Source of the DNA: an uncultured delta proteobacterium
Lineage (GTDB): Bacteria > Myxococcota_A > Polyangia > Polyangiales > Polyangiaceae
Direction: 5' to 3'
Length of the DNA stretch: 64,000 bases
Assembly: GCA_963841435.1 (NCBI GenBank)
Contig: CAWJCS010000002.1
Location: forward strand, 512,001-576,000
Part shown: positions 41,706 to 53,953 of the stretch, piece after piece
Position numbering within the stretch: the stretch's first letter is position 1
How the letters are laid out: each line of letters opens with the position of its first letter
The notes under the pieces: generated by a model
The model's input: only the letters and a program-made list of their open reading frames with translations
Told to the model about the DNA's origin: nothing
Databases searched by the model: none
Translations under genes and position numbers: made by a program

Positions 41706-42311
41706 ATGGAAACTTCACGGTGGACCTTCGTGCGTGCTTTGTTGGCGTTTGCCGGGGCCCTGGCCGCCTGTTCCAGCACCGGACACGATCTTGGGGGGGC
41801 AGCGGGGGCGGATGAGACCGCGGGTGGAACGGGCGGGAGCCAAACACCGGGAGGCACCGGAGGTGCGGGAAAGTCGGGGGGCCAAGGGGGCGCCGGGGGC
41901 AGCGACGTTGGCGGCCGCGGTGGCGGCATGGGGGGCGGTACGGCAGGCGGCAGCTCGGGAAGCGCAGGTGCCGACCAGGGCACTGGCGGGGCCGACAATG
42001 GCGGAGCCGACGAGGCGGGCGCGGCGGGAACGGCCGGCGGCGCAGGGCGCGGCGGCGACGCGGGGACCTCCGGGGCGTCCGGAACCGCGGGCAGCGGGGG
42101 CATGGCCGGCGCTGGTGGAGACCCCAGACAGGGCTGCCTTGATTCGGGTGGCAAGGTGGAGTCGGGCTACTGTTGCGAGTCCGTCGATGACTTCGTCGAG
42201 TACTGCTCGGGTGTCATCGGGGCCTGCGGGTGTGGGCCGGCGAACAGCCACGAGGTGATGCTGTGCAGTTGTCCCGACGGGATGTGCTTCGACGGCGAGA
42301 GGTGCCGCTGA
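41706..42311 (+). CDS. Gly-linker lipoprotein with Cys-rich C-terminal domain
   Basis: AGGAG RBS; LAAC; CLDSGG...CC...GACGC...CSCPDGMCFDG. Confidence 0.82.
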   Translation: METSRWTFVRALLAFAGALAACSSTGHDLGGAAGADETAGGTGGSQTPGGTGGAGKSGGQGGAGGSDVGGRGGGMGGGTAGGSSGSAGADQGTGGADNGGADEAGAAGTAGGAGRGGDAGTSGASGTAGSGGMAGAGGDPRQGCLDSGGKVESGYCCESVDDFVEYCSGVIGACGCGPANSHEVMLCSCPDGMCFDGERCR

Positions 42312-42383
42312 CGTGAAGCGACTGGATCCCGGTCATGTCAGCCGCGACCGGGCGCCGCCGAAACTTGGCGCTCGGGGCGGCCA

Positions 42384-43355
42384 TTGATCAAATCGGGCGC
42401 CGGCATTTGCGTTGGGCTCGCAGTGAGCGCGCTCGCCGCGACCGCTTGCGCGGATCCGCTCACCTTCACGCTCGCCTACACGGCCAGCACCAGTTGCCCG
42501 CACGAGCGCGACTTCATGCAGCGGCTCCGCAGCCGCACTTCCGCGGCGGAGCGGGTTTCGACCTCCGGCGATGTCGAGGTCGCGGTCAGCATGGAGGTAC
42601 TCGCGGGCGGGGCGCGCGGGTTCATCGCTTGGCGCCGTGGGACCGACCGCACACGCCGCGCGGTCAACGGGGAGAGCTGCTCCGAGGTCGCCTCGGCGCT
42701 CGCGCTGATTCTCGCTCTGGCGCTCGATCCGGATGCCGGCGCGTCGCCGGCGCCGCAGAGCCGCGAACCCGTCGAGCCGAAACCTGCCCCGAGCTCACGT
42801 CAGCCGCTACGAGCCACGGCGCCGGCACCGAGCGCTTCACGCTGGTACCCGATGCTCGGGGTCGCCGCCGGCGCTGCCGGTGGTGTTGCACCCGGACTCC
42901 GTCCGTACGTGGGGGCGCGCGCTGCGCTCGGACGGGACACCGGCGGGCTCTGGGCCCCCCGGGCTCAACTGGCGTTGAGCTATGCACGGGGTACCAGCCG
43001 AACCCCGGCAGGCAGCGCGGTTCTGAGCCTCTGGACGCTGCGCGCTGGACTCTGCCCGGTCAACTTCATCCACGGAGCATCGTTCGTTCGGCCCTGCGCC
43101 ACGTTCGACCTGGGACGTCTGTCCGCCCGCGGCTACGCCACCCGCGATGCGCGCGCTGGCGCCGCCCCGTGGTACGGGCCGGGCCTCGCCCTGGGCGTCG
43201 GACGCCGCGTGCTCGACGCCTGCTTCGTGGAGCTCGAGGGCGGCATGATTGCCCCGCTCGTTCGCGACTGGTTCTACTTCGAGCCGAACGAATCCGCCGC
43301 GCGCATCCCGAAGGTGACTGGGTACTTCGGCGTCGTGTTAGGAGCGGGAGGGTGA
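42384..43355 (+). CDS. secreted/outer-membrane hypothetical protein of an ECF operon
   Basis: Signal-like N-terminus, CP...C pair, amphipathic beta-strand C-terminus; GTGA overlap with the sigma gene. Confidence 0.65.
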   Translation: MIKSGAGICVGLAVSALAATACADPLTFTLAYTASTSCPHERDFMQRLRSRTSAAERVSTSGDVEVAVSMEVLAGGARGFIAWRRGTDRTRRAVNGESCSEVASALALILALALDPDAGASPAPQSREPVEPKPAPSSRQPLRATAPAPSASRWYPMLGVAAGAAGGVAPGLRPYVGARAALGRDTGGLWAPRAQLALSYARGTSRTPAGSAVLSLWTLRAGLCPVNFIHGASFVRPCATFDLGRLSARGYATRDARAGAAPWYGPGLALGVGRRVLDACFVELEGGMIAPLVRDWFYFEPNESAARIPKVTGYFGVVLGAGG

Positions 43356-43897
43356 CGATAGCGTCCTCGTCTCTGGCCGTCGGCGAGCGCCGGTCTGCTC
43401 TCACGCTCGAGATGCTCTTCATCGCGCACTACGCTTGGGTGTGGCGCACGCTCCGGCGTCTCGGCGTGCCGGAGTCGGCCGTCAACGACGCTGCACAGCA
43501 GGTGTTCCTGGTCGCCGACGGCCAGCTGGCCCGTGTGTCGGCGGGCAGGGAACGCGCATATCTCACGGGCGTGGCGCTGCGCGTTGCCGCCAACCTGCGG
43601 CGCGCCGCGAGTCGATGTCGCGAGAGCCCGGACGAGGGAGTCGGCGACGCGGCCGCTGACCTTCGCGATCCCGAACAGCTGCTCGACCAGAAGCAGCGTC
43701 GCGAGCTGCTCGATCGCTGGCTGGATGGACTGCCCCTGGAGCTGCGGGCCCCGTTCGTGTTGTTCGAGCTCGAAGGGTTGGAGCTCAGCGAGATCGCCGA
43801 GTCGCTCGAGGTGCCACTCGGCACCGTGAAGACGCGCCTGCGCCGGGCGCGGCAGCTGTTCTTGGGCCGAGCCACCTCGGAGGGAGGCCATCCGTGA
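43352..43897 (+). CDS. ECF sigma-70 factor
   Basis: WVWRTLRRLGV...DAAQQVFL; FVLFELEGLELSEIAESLEVPLGTVKTRLRRAR. Confidence 0.92.
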   Translation: MTIASSSLAVGERRSALTLEMLFIAHYAWVWRTLRRLGVPESAVNDAAQQVFLVADGQLARVSAGRERAYLTGVALRVAANLRRAASRCRESPDEGVGDAAADLRDPEQLLDQKQRRELLDRWLDGLPLELRAPFVLFELEGLELSEIAESLEVPLGTVKTRLRRARQLFLGRATSEGGHP

Positions 43898-44727
43898 CCG
43901 ACGATCTGGAGCGCTTGCTGGAAGGAAAGCTCGACGGGAAGGTCCGCCGCGTGCTGGGGGCCGCGCTGCACGACGGACCGTCGCCGGAGAGCCTGCGCGC
44001 GGCCGCGCGAACGCTTGGGCTTTCCCCGGGCGTCGCCCAGCTTGCACGCGCAACGACTGCGCCTCATGCGGCGGTGACCGCCAAGTCGCTCGCGACCTCG
44101 GGCCTGCTCAAGTGGCTCGGGATCATTTTTCTGCTTGGCGGGGTTGCCGTCACTCTGGCCCCCGCTCGCGAGCCGCCTCGCATCACCGTCGCCTCGCGGC
44201 CGCGAGGGGAGCCCCCGTCGCCGCATCCGGATCGGATCGAGCGACGGCGGGCCGTTCCCGCCGTTCCTGCCGAACGTCCGCAGACGGCTGCGCCTGTCGT
44301 GAGCCCAGCGCAGGCGACGAGCGCGACGTCGCTGAGCGACGAAAATTCCGCAACCCAAACCCGCAGAGCCGAGGACCGGTCCAAGGACCCTTCCAGGAGT
44401 CGCGCGCCGGCCCTCGATTCCAACGTCAAAGGCGTCTCGCTCGGAGACGAGACGGCGATGCTCGATCGCGCGCGCCGCGCGCTGCGTGCAGGCGACGCGC
44501 AGGCGGCGCTGGCATCGCTCGAGCGCTACGACGCGGCGCCCTCTCGACACGTGCTCCGCAGCGAGGCTCTGTTACTCCGCGTGCGAGCACTCGCGACGGC
44601 CGGTCGGCGCGCGGAGGCATGTGCTCTCGTCGGCGACGTATCGGACCGCCCGGACGAAAGCTACGCCGAGCAGCTGAAGGCATTCTGCACGGAGCCTCCG
44701 CCCGCGCCGCATGACGAGACAGAGTAG
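43894..44727 (+). CDS. anti-sigma-like membrane protein with TPR-like C-terminus
   Basis: Single TM, Pro-rich spacer, SLGDETAMLDRARRALRAGDAQAALASLERY. Confidence 0.7.
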   Translation: MTDDLERLLEGKLDGKVRRVLGAALHDGPSPESLRAAARTLGLSPGVAQLARATTAPHAAVTAKSLATSGLLKWLGIIFLLGGVAVTLAPAREPPRITVASRPRGEPPSPHPDRIERRRAVPAVPAERPQTAAPVVSPAQATSATSLSDENSATQTRRAEDRSKDPSRSRAPALDSNVKGVSLGDETAMLDRARRALRAGDAQAALASLERYDAAPSRHVLRSEALLLRVRALATAGRRAEACALVGDVSDRPDESYAEQLKAFCTEPPPAPHDETE

Positions 44728-45022
44728 GGTGCGCACCGTTGAGCTCGGGGTTGTGGCGCCAAAGGTGAAACGAACTGGGAAAGTCGGCAGCGAGCCGGGG
44801 TAGCGGGCCGGCAAGTAAGTAAGAAGAATCGGGATTGTCGGCGGAGAGGGAGAGATGACCTGCGGTGCTCGGCCGCTTCGCGGCCTGCGCTCCTCGGGAC
44901 CTTCGTGCGGAAGCGTGCGCTGTCCGCAGCTCGGTGCGCGGCGCGGTCCGTCGATGGGCCGACGGTGCGAACCCTCCACAACGCAGCCCAACGTGCGACG
45001 TGGCCCGTCAGCGGGCCAAGAC

Positions 45023-45037
45023 GGTTCGAATCCCTCC
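45023..45037 (+). repeat. 15-bp inverted copy of the tRNA-Ser T-arm
   Basis: GGTTCGAATCCCTCC is the exact reverse complement of 45096-45110. Confidence 0.8.
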
Positions 45038-45088
45038 TGGCGGGGTTCGGCGCTTGGAGGCGGAGCGCGGCGGGGTGCGGATTTGTTG

Positions 45089-45175
45089 CGGAGAGGGAGG
45101 GATTCGAACCCTCGGTACGGTTGCCCGTACACATGATTTCCAATCATGCACCTTCGGCCACTCGGTCACCTCTCC
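45089..45175 (-). tRNA. tRNA-Ser(GGA)
   Basis: GGAGAGG acceptor, CATGA-TTGGAAA-TCATG anticodon arm, long variable arm, GGTTCGAATCC; CCA not encoded. Confidence 0.96.
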
Positions 45176-45290
45176 TGGGGCCGGTCGGCCTCGCGGGGAT
45201 GCGGGGCCGGCCTTCGAACTAACGGGAGGAGCTCGCCTCCTCCCACGCGACGGCGCAGGCGTGCACGCACGCGTCCGCAACCACGCGCGG

Positions 45291-45377
45291 CGGAGAGAGT
45301 GGGATTCGAACCCACGGTACCCTTACGAGTACACCTGATTTCGAATCAGGCACCTTCGGCCACTCGGTCATCTCTCC
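45291..45377 (-). tRNA. tRNA-Ser(CGA)
   Basis: GGAGAGA acceptor, CCTGA-TTCGAAA-TCAGG anticodon arm, long variable arm, GGTTCGAATCC. Confidence 0.96.
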
Positions 45378-45384
45378 GCCGCGG

Positions 45385-45413
45385 ACTATGAACGGCGAGG
45401 ATAGGGCTGTCAA
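45385..45413 (-). promoter_or_regulatory. sigma70 promoter of the tRNA-Ser pair
   Basis: TTGACA-17 nt-CATAGT, ending 7 nt before the tRNA. Confidence 0.75.
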
Positions 45414-45479
45414 CGCGCTGAAAATCCTCGGAAAAACCAGGGTTTGCAGGGTGTGGGGGTTCCGCGCGATAGTCGGGGG

Positions 45480-46610
45480 ATGAGAACCGCCGCGGGCGTC
45501 GCCCTCGTTGCCGTGAGCGGCGCTTGGGCCGCGCTGGCATCGGCTCAGAGTGCGCCCGCGCCGAGCTCGCCGCCGCCTGCGGCTGAGCCGACGACGAAGC
45601 CGGCGCCGCCTGCGACGAAGGCACCGTCGGCACCTGCGCCGTCGGCCAGTGCGCCGCCTGCCGCACCCTCCGTTGGCGCGCCGCACGCAGCAGCGCCCGC
45701 ACCGACCACGAGCGCGTTGCCTGCAGGGGAGACGCCGCCGTCGACGCCTCCGACACCGCCACCCGCTGCGACGGCCGCGCCATCTGCCGCGACGACGACA
45801 ACGACGACGGCGCCGGAGCCCGCGGCTCCGCCGCCGCCTGCGACGCCGCCCCCGGTCCCCGCTCCCTCGACCACACCGCCGCCAGCGATGTCACCGGGCG
45901 CGCCGACGAGCGCACCACCGCCCGTGTCCGAGCGCGCGCCGCTGCCGCCGCCGTACGATCCCTGGCAAGACGGGCACGCGCTCGCCGTCGAGCTCGCGCT
46001 GCGGGGCGGCGGGCGGCTCGGTCCGTCGAGCGCAGGCGGAGAAGGGGAGGAAAGGGCCGGGCTCGGCTTTCGGCTCGCGGGGTTCTTCGCGCTGACCCCG
46101 GAATATTCGCTCGGCTTCGGTGTGACGCGCGCGGATCTCGGGCGCGTGCCGACGATCGACGGGCCGTACGCCGTCGATGCGGGCTATGCCGCCACGGCGC
46201 TCGAGCTTGCGGCGCGTGCCTTTCCGTTCCGGCGCTCGGGCATCGACATCTTCCTCGGGCTCCGCGCGGGCCTAGCGTGGCAAGACGTCGATGCGAAGGG
46301 GCTCACGGGCACGGGCGGTTTCACGCCTCCTGTCGTGTTCACTTGCTCGGACGTCTCGGGCCCCGGTTTCGCGCTCGGTGCGGAGGCCGGTGTCGGGCTG
46401 CAGATCACGCGGGCGCTCTGGTTCGATGCGAGCCTCGATTTCGCGGGGTACCGCTTGACGAGTGATCGTGTGGGAACCTGCGTCGGCGGGATCGGCTCGG
46501 TGACGACGCTCGCGCTCGCCGGTGGGCTTTTGTACGCGTTCGATCTCGGGCCGGGGTCGGGGCTTTCGGGCGATCGCTCGGCGAGCGCGCGGTCGCTGCC
46601 GTCGCGCTGA
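45480..46610 (+). CDS. Pro-rich secreted protein with C-terminal outer-membrane beta-barrel
   Basis: Signal peptide ASA-Q, Pro/Ala linker, alternating beta strands ending YAFDL. Confidence 0.75.
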   Translation: MRTAAGVALVAVSGAWAALASAQSAPAPSSPPPAAEPTTKPAPPATKAPSAPAPSASAPPAAPSVGAPHAAAPAPTTSALPAGETPPSTPPTPPPAATAAPSAATTTTTTAPEPAAPPPPATPPPVPAPSTTPPPAMSPGAPTSAPPPVSERAPLPPPYDPWQDGHALAVELALRGGGRLGPSSAGGEGEERAGLGFRLAGFFALTPEYSLGFGVTRADLGRVPTIDGPYAVDAGYAATALELAARAFPFRRSGIDIFLGLRAGLAWQDVDAKGLTGTGGFTPPVVFTCSDVSGPGFALGAEAGVGLQITRALWFDASLDFAGYRLTSDRVGTCVGGIGSVTTLALAGGLLYAFDLGPGSGLSGDRSASARSLPSR

Positions 46611-46633
46611 AGACGCTTCGCTAGAACGCGCGC

Positions 46634-49247
<2,614 letters not shown>

Positions 49248-49323
49248 AACGGCCTCGTCGAAGGGCGCCTCGGTCTTTGCGCCCCTGGCAGCGACCACCC
49301 TCGGGTGGTAGGCTCGCCGCCCC

Positions 49324-49716
49324 ATGATTCGCGATGCGACGGATCTCGAGCGGGGGCTCGATCGGCTCGAACGAAAGTACGAGCGGCTGGCGGACGGCAC
49401 CTACCTGGTTTCGGTGGGGCCCGGCCGGCCACTCGTGGGAGTCAGGATGGCGCCGCCCGTGCTCGTCATCCAGGCGGGCGTCGGCAAGGTGACGGCGAAA
49501 GGGCCCGAGCGGCGTGCCGCGCTGTTTCAGCGCCTTCTCGAGCTCAACGCCAAGAGCCTGCTCCACGCGGCCTACGGGCTCGAAGGGGACACCATCGTGA
49601 TTGCCGCGGCACTCGAGCTCGAGAGCGCCGATCCGAACGAGGTCCAGGCCGTGCTCTCGGACATCGACATGGCGCTCGCGGAGCACGTCCCGGCGCTCCG
49701 CGAGCTCGTGGACTGA
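49324..49716 (+). CDS. CesT/YbjN-like chaperone-fold protein
   Basis: LFQRLLELNAKSLLHAAYGLEGDTIV...LESADPNE. Confidence 0.7.
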   Translation: MIRDATDLERGLDRLERKYERLADGTYLVSVGPGRPLVGVRMAPPVLVIQAGVGKVTAKGPERRAALFQRLLELNAKSLLHAAYGLEGDTIVIAAALELESADPNEVQAVLSDIDMALAEHVPALRELVD

Positions 49717-49734
49717 GGAAGGGAGCGGAGGAAC

Positions 49735-50544
49735 ATGGGAATCTTCGCCCGACTGGCGGCGCTCATCAAATCGAACCTCAACGATCTGATCAATCGCTCC
49801 GAGGATCCGGAGAAGATGCTCAATCAGATCGTGCTCGACATGAATCAGCAGCTCATGGAGGCCAAGGGGCAGGTCGCGGCCTCTATTGCCGACGAGAAGC
49901 GGCTCGTGAAGCTCGTGGAGCAGGAAGCCTCCAATGCCGCCGAATGGGAGCGGCGCGCCATGCTCGCCATTCGCGCGAACGACGACTCGCTCGCCAAGGA
50001 AGCGCTCGCTCGGAAGAAGGAGCACGAAACGCTCGCGGCGTCCTACCAGGAGCAGTGGCAGAAGCAGAAGACCGCCGTCGACCAGCTCAAGCTCGCGCTC
50101 CGTGCCCTGAACTCGAAGATCGAAGAAGCCAAGCGCAAGAAGAACCTGCTCATCGCGCGCAAGAAGCGCGCCGAAGCGCAGCAGAAGATCCAGGAGACCC
50201 TGAGTGGTCTTCGCGAGGCGAGCGCGTTCGACACGTTCGATCGGATGGCCGAGAAGATCGATCGCATGGAGGCCGAGGCCGAAGCGCAGGCCGAGCTCCG
50301 CGAGGAAGCGAGCGGCGACGTGCTGGCGCACAAGATCGCGACGCTCGAGGCGACGCACGGCGCCGAGGAAGACCTGCTGGCGCTCAAGCGCAAGATGGGC
50401 CTCGCGCCACCCGAGCCGGCCGCTGCCCGCCCTGCGCGCGTCGAGACTTCGGATGATCTCGACGCCGCCGAGCAGGAAGAGCTCGCGCGCGCTCTTGCCG
50501 AGCTCGACGCGGCGGAGCAGGAGCCGCTCAGGGTCAAGACGTGA
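49735..50544 (+). CDS. pspA: PspA/IM30 family protein
   Basis: MGIFARLAALIKSNLNDLINRSEDPEKML...LAKEAL...FDRMAEKI. Confidence 0.93.
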   Translation: MGIFARLAALIKSNLNDLINRSEDPEKMLNQIVLDMNQQLMEAKGQVAASIADEKRLVKLVEQEASNAAEWERRAMLAIRANDDSLAKEALARKKEHETLAASYQEQWQKQKTAVDQLKLALRALNSKIEEAKRKKNLLIARKKRAEAQQKIQETLSGLREASAFDTFDRMAEKIDRMEAEAEAQAELREEASGDVLAHKIATLEATHGAEEDLLALKRKMGLAPPEPAAARPARVETSDDLDAAEQEELARALAELDAAEQEPLRVKT

Positions 50545-52511
50545 GGGCGCAGAGAGCGACGTGTCGCCGAGCGCGGGCGCTCTTTTCGCTCGCGCACCCT
50601 TTGGCGGGCTTTGGCCTGGTGCTCGCTCTGGCCGCGCCGGCGCACGCCGGCGGGCGCACGCTGTACGCCGAGCCGATGGCCGGCGAGAAGATCCGCATCG
50701 ACGGGGATCTGCGCGAGTGGCCGAGCAAGATGACCGAGCTCGGCGACACACTCAGGGGCTCGGTGGCGGGTGGCGAGCCCCACGCGAGCGCCGTGGTCGG
50801 CTACGACGATGCCGCGCTTTACGTCGTGTTGCGCGTGGTCGACAACAAGATCGCGCGAACACCCGCGGCCGGCAACGCCGAGGACCACGCCTCGCTCGTC
50901 CTCGCCTTCCCGAGGGGAAAGACCTACGTCGTGGATCTGTTCCCCGGCTCGCCGGGCAAGACGGCCGGGACGGTGAGGATCAAGGGCTCGACCGTCGCGG
51001 GCGCCAAGCTCGTCGAGGCACCGACGGACAAGGGGTACACGATCGAGGCTCTCGTCCCCTGGTCGGCCTTTCCCGAGGCCCAGCGGCAGCGCGTCGGGCT
51101 GCGCGGTGCCGTGCGCCTGACGGATGCCGACTCCCCGGGCTCGATCAAGGCGGTGATCGGGACTTCCACGGCGAGCGGCGGGCGGGCGCTGCCGCCGCTC
51201 ATGCTGTCGGTCGAGGCCGGTCTCGACCAGCTGCTCGTGCGCGAGAAGGGATTGTCGTCGAACCCCGCGCGCGAGGCGTACGGCAACGTCGCCGGCGACG
51301 GACAGCTCGAGCGCGTCGCGGTGTTCGGACCGTACCTCACGATCGTCGGGCCCAGGTTTCGCGGTGGCAAGGAGTTTTACTTCGGCGAGCTCGGCGTCGC
51401 CGACGCCTCGATGGTGACTCGCCTCGAGCTCGTCGACCTCGACGGTGACGGCCACGCGGAGATCGTGATCCAGAAGCGCTTCGGGGCCAAGGATCGCTAT
51501 CGCGAGGTCTTGCAGGTGATGAAGGTCGGTCGCGACGACACGCCGTTTGCCGCCTTCACGCACGAAGTCGGCATCAAGACACCCGAGGGCCACGTCGCCA
51601 ACAAGGTGTCGCTCCGCGGCGGCGTCATCGAGATTGCGCAAGGCGACGCCGAAGGCTTCGACCCGGCGACGTACGCCGAAACCATGCCGTCCGACATGGG
51701 AGCGGCGCTCCTACCCTGGGAAACCGTGAAGTCCCGCTCGTTCAAGTGGCAGGGCGACGGCTTCAAGCCGGCGGGCGAGACCAGCTGGACACCCAAGGTG
51801 ACGGCAGCGGGGCACGCGAGCGCGCAAGGCGCCCACAAGAAGAGCGCTCCGCGCGCCGCCGAGCCCCCGCCGCCCCGACCGCCGAGCGCCGACGAGCTGC
51901 TCGATCGGCTGTATGCGCTCTACCGGCGCGACCGCAGCGCGAGCGGCAAGCCGCGCTTCGATTTCGTCACGGATGTCGCCGGTGATTCGGGGCCGGAGCG
52001 CGTGCTGGTCCACGATCGGGACATCGTCGTGTTCGGCAAGGGATTCCGTTCGGGTACGAGCTACACGTTCATCACCGTCGGTGTCGCCGACGGTAAGGAC
52101 ATCGTCGATGCGACGGCGCGCGACCTCACGGGCGACGGTAAGGCCGAGGTCATCGTGCGCGGCGTGCTCCACGCCAAGGCGAGCAAGGGCCTCGGTGGCG
52201 GTACCGTCGATCGCTACGCCCTGTTCGTTTATTCCGTTCAGGGAGACAATCTCGTGCGCGTGTTCGCCGCCGAGACGGGGCGCGCCGTCGACGATCAGCG
52301 CGTGCTCGGCAGCGTCGCGTTCTTGCCGGCCGCGCGCGGCGGGAGCCGCATCGAGCTCCGGCCGGGCCGTGCCATCGGCTGGACGGAGAAGACGTACCCG
52401 TTCCCCGCGGACACGACGGCGGCAGGCGGCCTCGAACCGTTGCTGTTGCCGTGGGGCGACGCGTCGCCGCGGCCGTACCGCTTTAGCGGCTCGGCTTTCT
52501 CCGCCGAGTAG
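50541..52511 (+). CDS. secreted protein with CBM9/DOMON-like N-domain and FG-GAP-like Ca-binding motifs
   Basis: IDGDLREW...YDDAALY...GYTIEALVPW; DLDGDGHAEI, DLTGDGKAEV. Confidence 0.75.
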   Translation: MRAQRATCRRARALFSLAHPLAGFGLVLALAAPAHAGGRTLYAEPMAGEKIRIDGDLREWPSKMTELGDTLRGSVAGGEPHASAVVGYDDAALYVVLRVVDNKIARTPAAGNAEDHASLVLAFPRGKTYVVDLFPGSPGKTAGTVRIKGSTVAGAKLVEAPTDKGYTIEALVPWSAFPEAQRQRVGLRGAVRLTDADSPGSIKAVIGTSTASGGRALPPLMLSVEAGLDQLLVREKGLSSNPAREAYGNVAGDGQLERVAVFGPYLTIVGPRFRGGKEFYFGELGVADASMVTRLELVDLDGDGHAEIVIQKRFGAKDRYREVLQVMKVGRDDTPFAAFTHEVGIKTPEGHVANKVSLRGGVIEIAQGDAEGFDPATYAETMPSDMGAALLPWETVKSRSFKWQGDGFKPAGETSWTPKVTAAGHASAQGAHKKSAPRAAEPPPPRPPSADELLDRLYALYRRDRSASGKPRFDFVTDVAGDSGPERVLVHDRDIVVFGKGFRSGTSYTFITVGVADGKDIVDATARDLTGDGKAEVIVRGVLHAKASKGLGGGTVDRYALFVYSVQGDNLVRVFAAETGRAVDDQRVLGSVAFLPAARGGSRIELRPGRAIGWTEKTYPFPADTTAAGGLEPLLLPWGDASPRPYRFSGSAFSAE

Positions 52512-52707
52512 CGCTGGGCGCGCGAGCGCCGAGACGCGTGAAGCAGCGGCGCGACTCCACGTCGCTGGGCGAAGCCGTTGCTTTGGCGCCACTCCAACGT
52601 TCTCATTCCGTACACTCTGCATCTTTCTACGGCGCAGGAGTCACTCCTGATGTTTATCATTTCTGCGCTATGATCGAGCGTGCGCCCTCGCGCATGAAAG
52701 GGATCAG

Positions 52708-53925
52708 ATGAGAACGCTTCGTGCGCGGTGGCTGCGGGACCTCGGGGTCGCCTCGTCCTTGTTCGTGCTGGCGAGCGGGTGCGTGTCGGGCGCCGCCGTC
52801 GACGACGAGATACCGCTCGAAGCCGGTGCCCCCGGGAGCGGAGTGGGTGGCACGAGCGCTGGTCTTGGTGGAAGCGGCGGCGCCGTGGCCGGGAGCTCGG
52901 CTGTCGGCGGCAGTGTGGCCAACGGCGGCAGTGTGGCCAAGGGCGGCACGAGCGGCGAAAAGAGCAGCGGCGGGTCGAGTGGAAGCGCGACGGGAGGCAG
53001 CTCGGGCACCGGCGCGACCAGCGGCACCGGAGGCGCGAGCCTCGGCGGTCAAGGCGGAGCGGGCGGTGGCGGCGGCTCGTCCGGGACGGCCGGCCTTTCC
53101 GGATCGGGTGGCAAGAGCGGCGGCCAATCGGGCGCCGGTGGCTCGAGCGGGACGTTCGGCGCGGGAAGCGGTGGCAAGGGTGGCGCGGGCGCCGCCGGGC
53201 AGTCGGGCTCGAGCGGGAGCGCGGGAGCGGCGGGCAGCTTCTCGAACTGTCCTGTTTGGCCGAGCTCGACCGGTTCGCAGAGCGTGTCGTCGACGATCAT
53301 GGTCTCGGGCACCTACGACGGGAGTCTCAAGCGCTTCACGGGTTCCGGTGCGCTCGGCACGAGCGGCCAGGCGGAAAACCAGGGTCCGCTGTTCCAGCTC
53401 TCGACCGGTGCGACGCTAAAGAACGTGATCCTCGGCAATCCTGCCGCCGACGGCGTGCACTGCGACGGCGCCTGCACGCTCGAGAACGTGTGGTGGGAAG
53501 ACGTGGGCGAGGACGCCGCGACGTTCCGCGGCTCGTCGAGCTCCCAGCAGATGACGGTGCGCTGCGGCGGCGCCAAGAACGCCGCGGACAAGGTGTTCCA
53601 GCACAACGGCGCAGGGACGCTCACCATCCAGGATTTCACGGTGGAAACCTTCGGTAAGCTGTACCGCTCTTGCGGCAACTGCAGCACCCAGTACGGGCGG
53701 CACGTCGTTTTGGACGGCATCGTCGCGCGGAGCGGCTCCACGCTAGTCGGCCTCAACACCAACTACGGCGACACGGCCGACTTCACCCGCATCACGACGT
53801 ACGGCAAAGTCTCGATCTGCGACCGCTACACGGGCAACAGCAGTGGGGCGGAGCCAGTCAAAACGGGTAGCGGCTCCGACTCCCAGTACTGCCGCTATTC
53901 CGCGTCCGACATCACGAGCAACTGA
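52708..53925 (+). CDS. pectate lyase family PL3 lipoprotein
   Basis: ASGC lipobox, Gly linker, ADGVHC, WWEDVGEDA, DKVFQHNG, GKLYRSCGNC. Confidence 0.93.
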   Translation: MRTLRARWLRDLGVASSLFVLASGCVSGAAVDDEIPLEAGAPGSGVGGTSAGLGGSGGAVAGSSAVGGSVANGGSVAKGGTSGEKSSGGSSGSATGGSSGTGATSGTGGASLGGQGGAGGGGGSSGTAGLSGSGGKSGGQSGAGGSSGTFGAGSGGKGGAGAAGQSGSSGSAGAAGSFSNCPVWPSSTGSQSVSSTIMVSGTYDGSLKRFTGSGALGTSGQAENQGPLFQLSTGATLKNVILGNPAADGVHCDGACTLENVWWEDVGEDAATFRGSSSSQQMTVRCGGAKNAADKVFQHNGAGTLTIQDFTVETFGKLYRSCGNCSTQYGRHVVLDGIVARSGSTLVGLNTNYGDTADFTRITTYGKVSICDRYTGNSSGAEPVKTGSGSDSQYCRYSASDITSN

Positions 53926-53953
53926 GCGGCGCCACCGCAAAAGCGCGGCGCGG

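Noticed and set aside
42335-43897. 520-aa extended sigma factor
   Set aside because: The upstream part is an Arg-rich off-frame read of the 42384 gene; the sigma starts at GTG 43352
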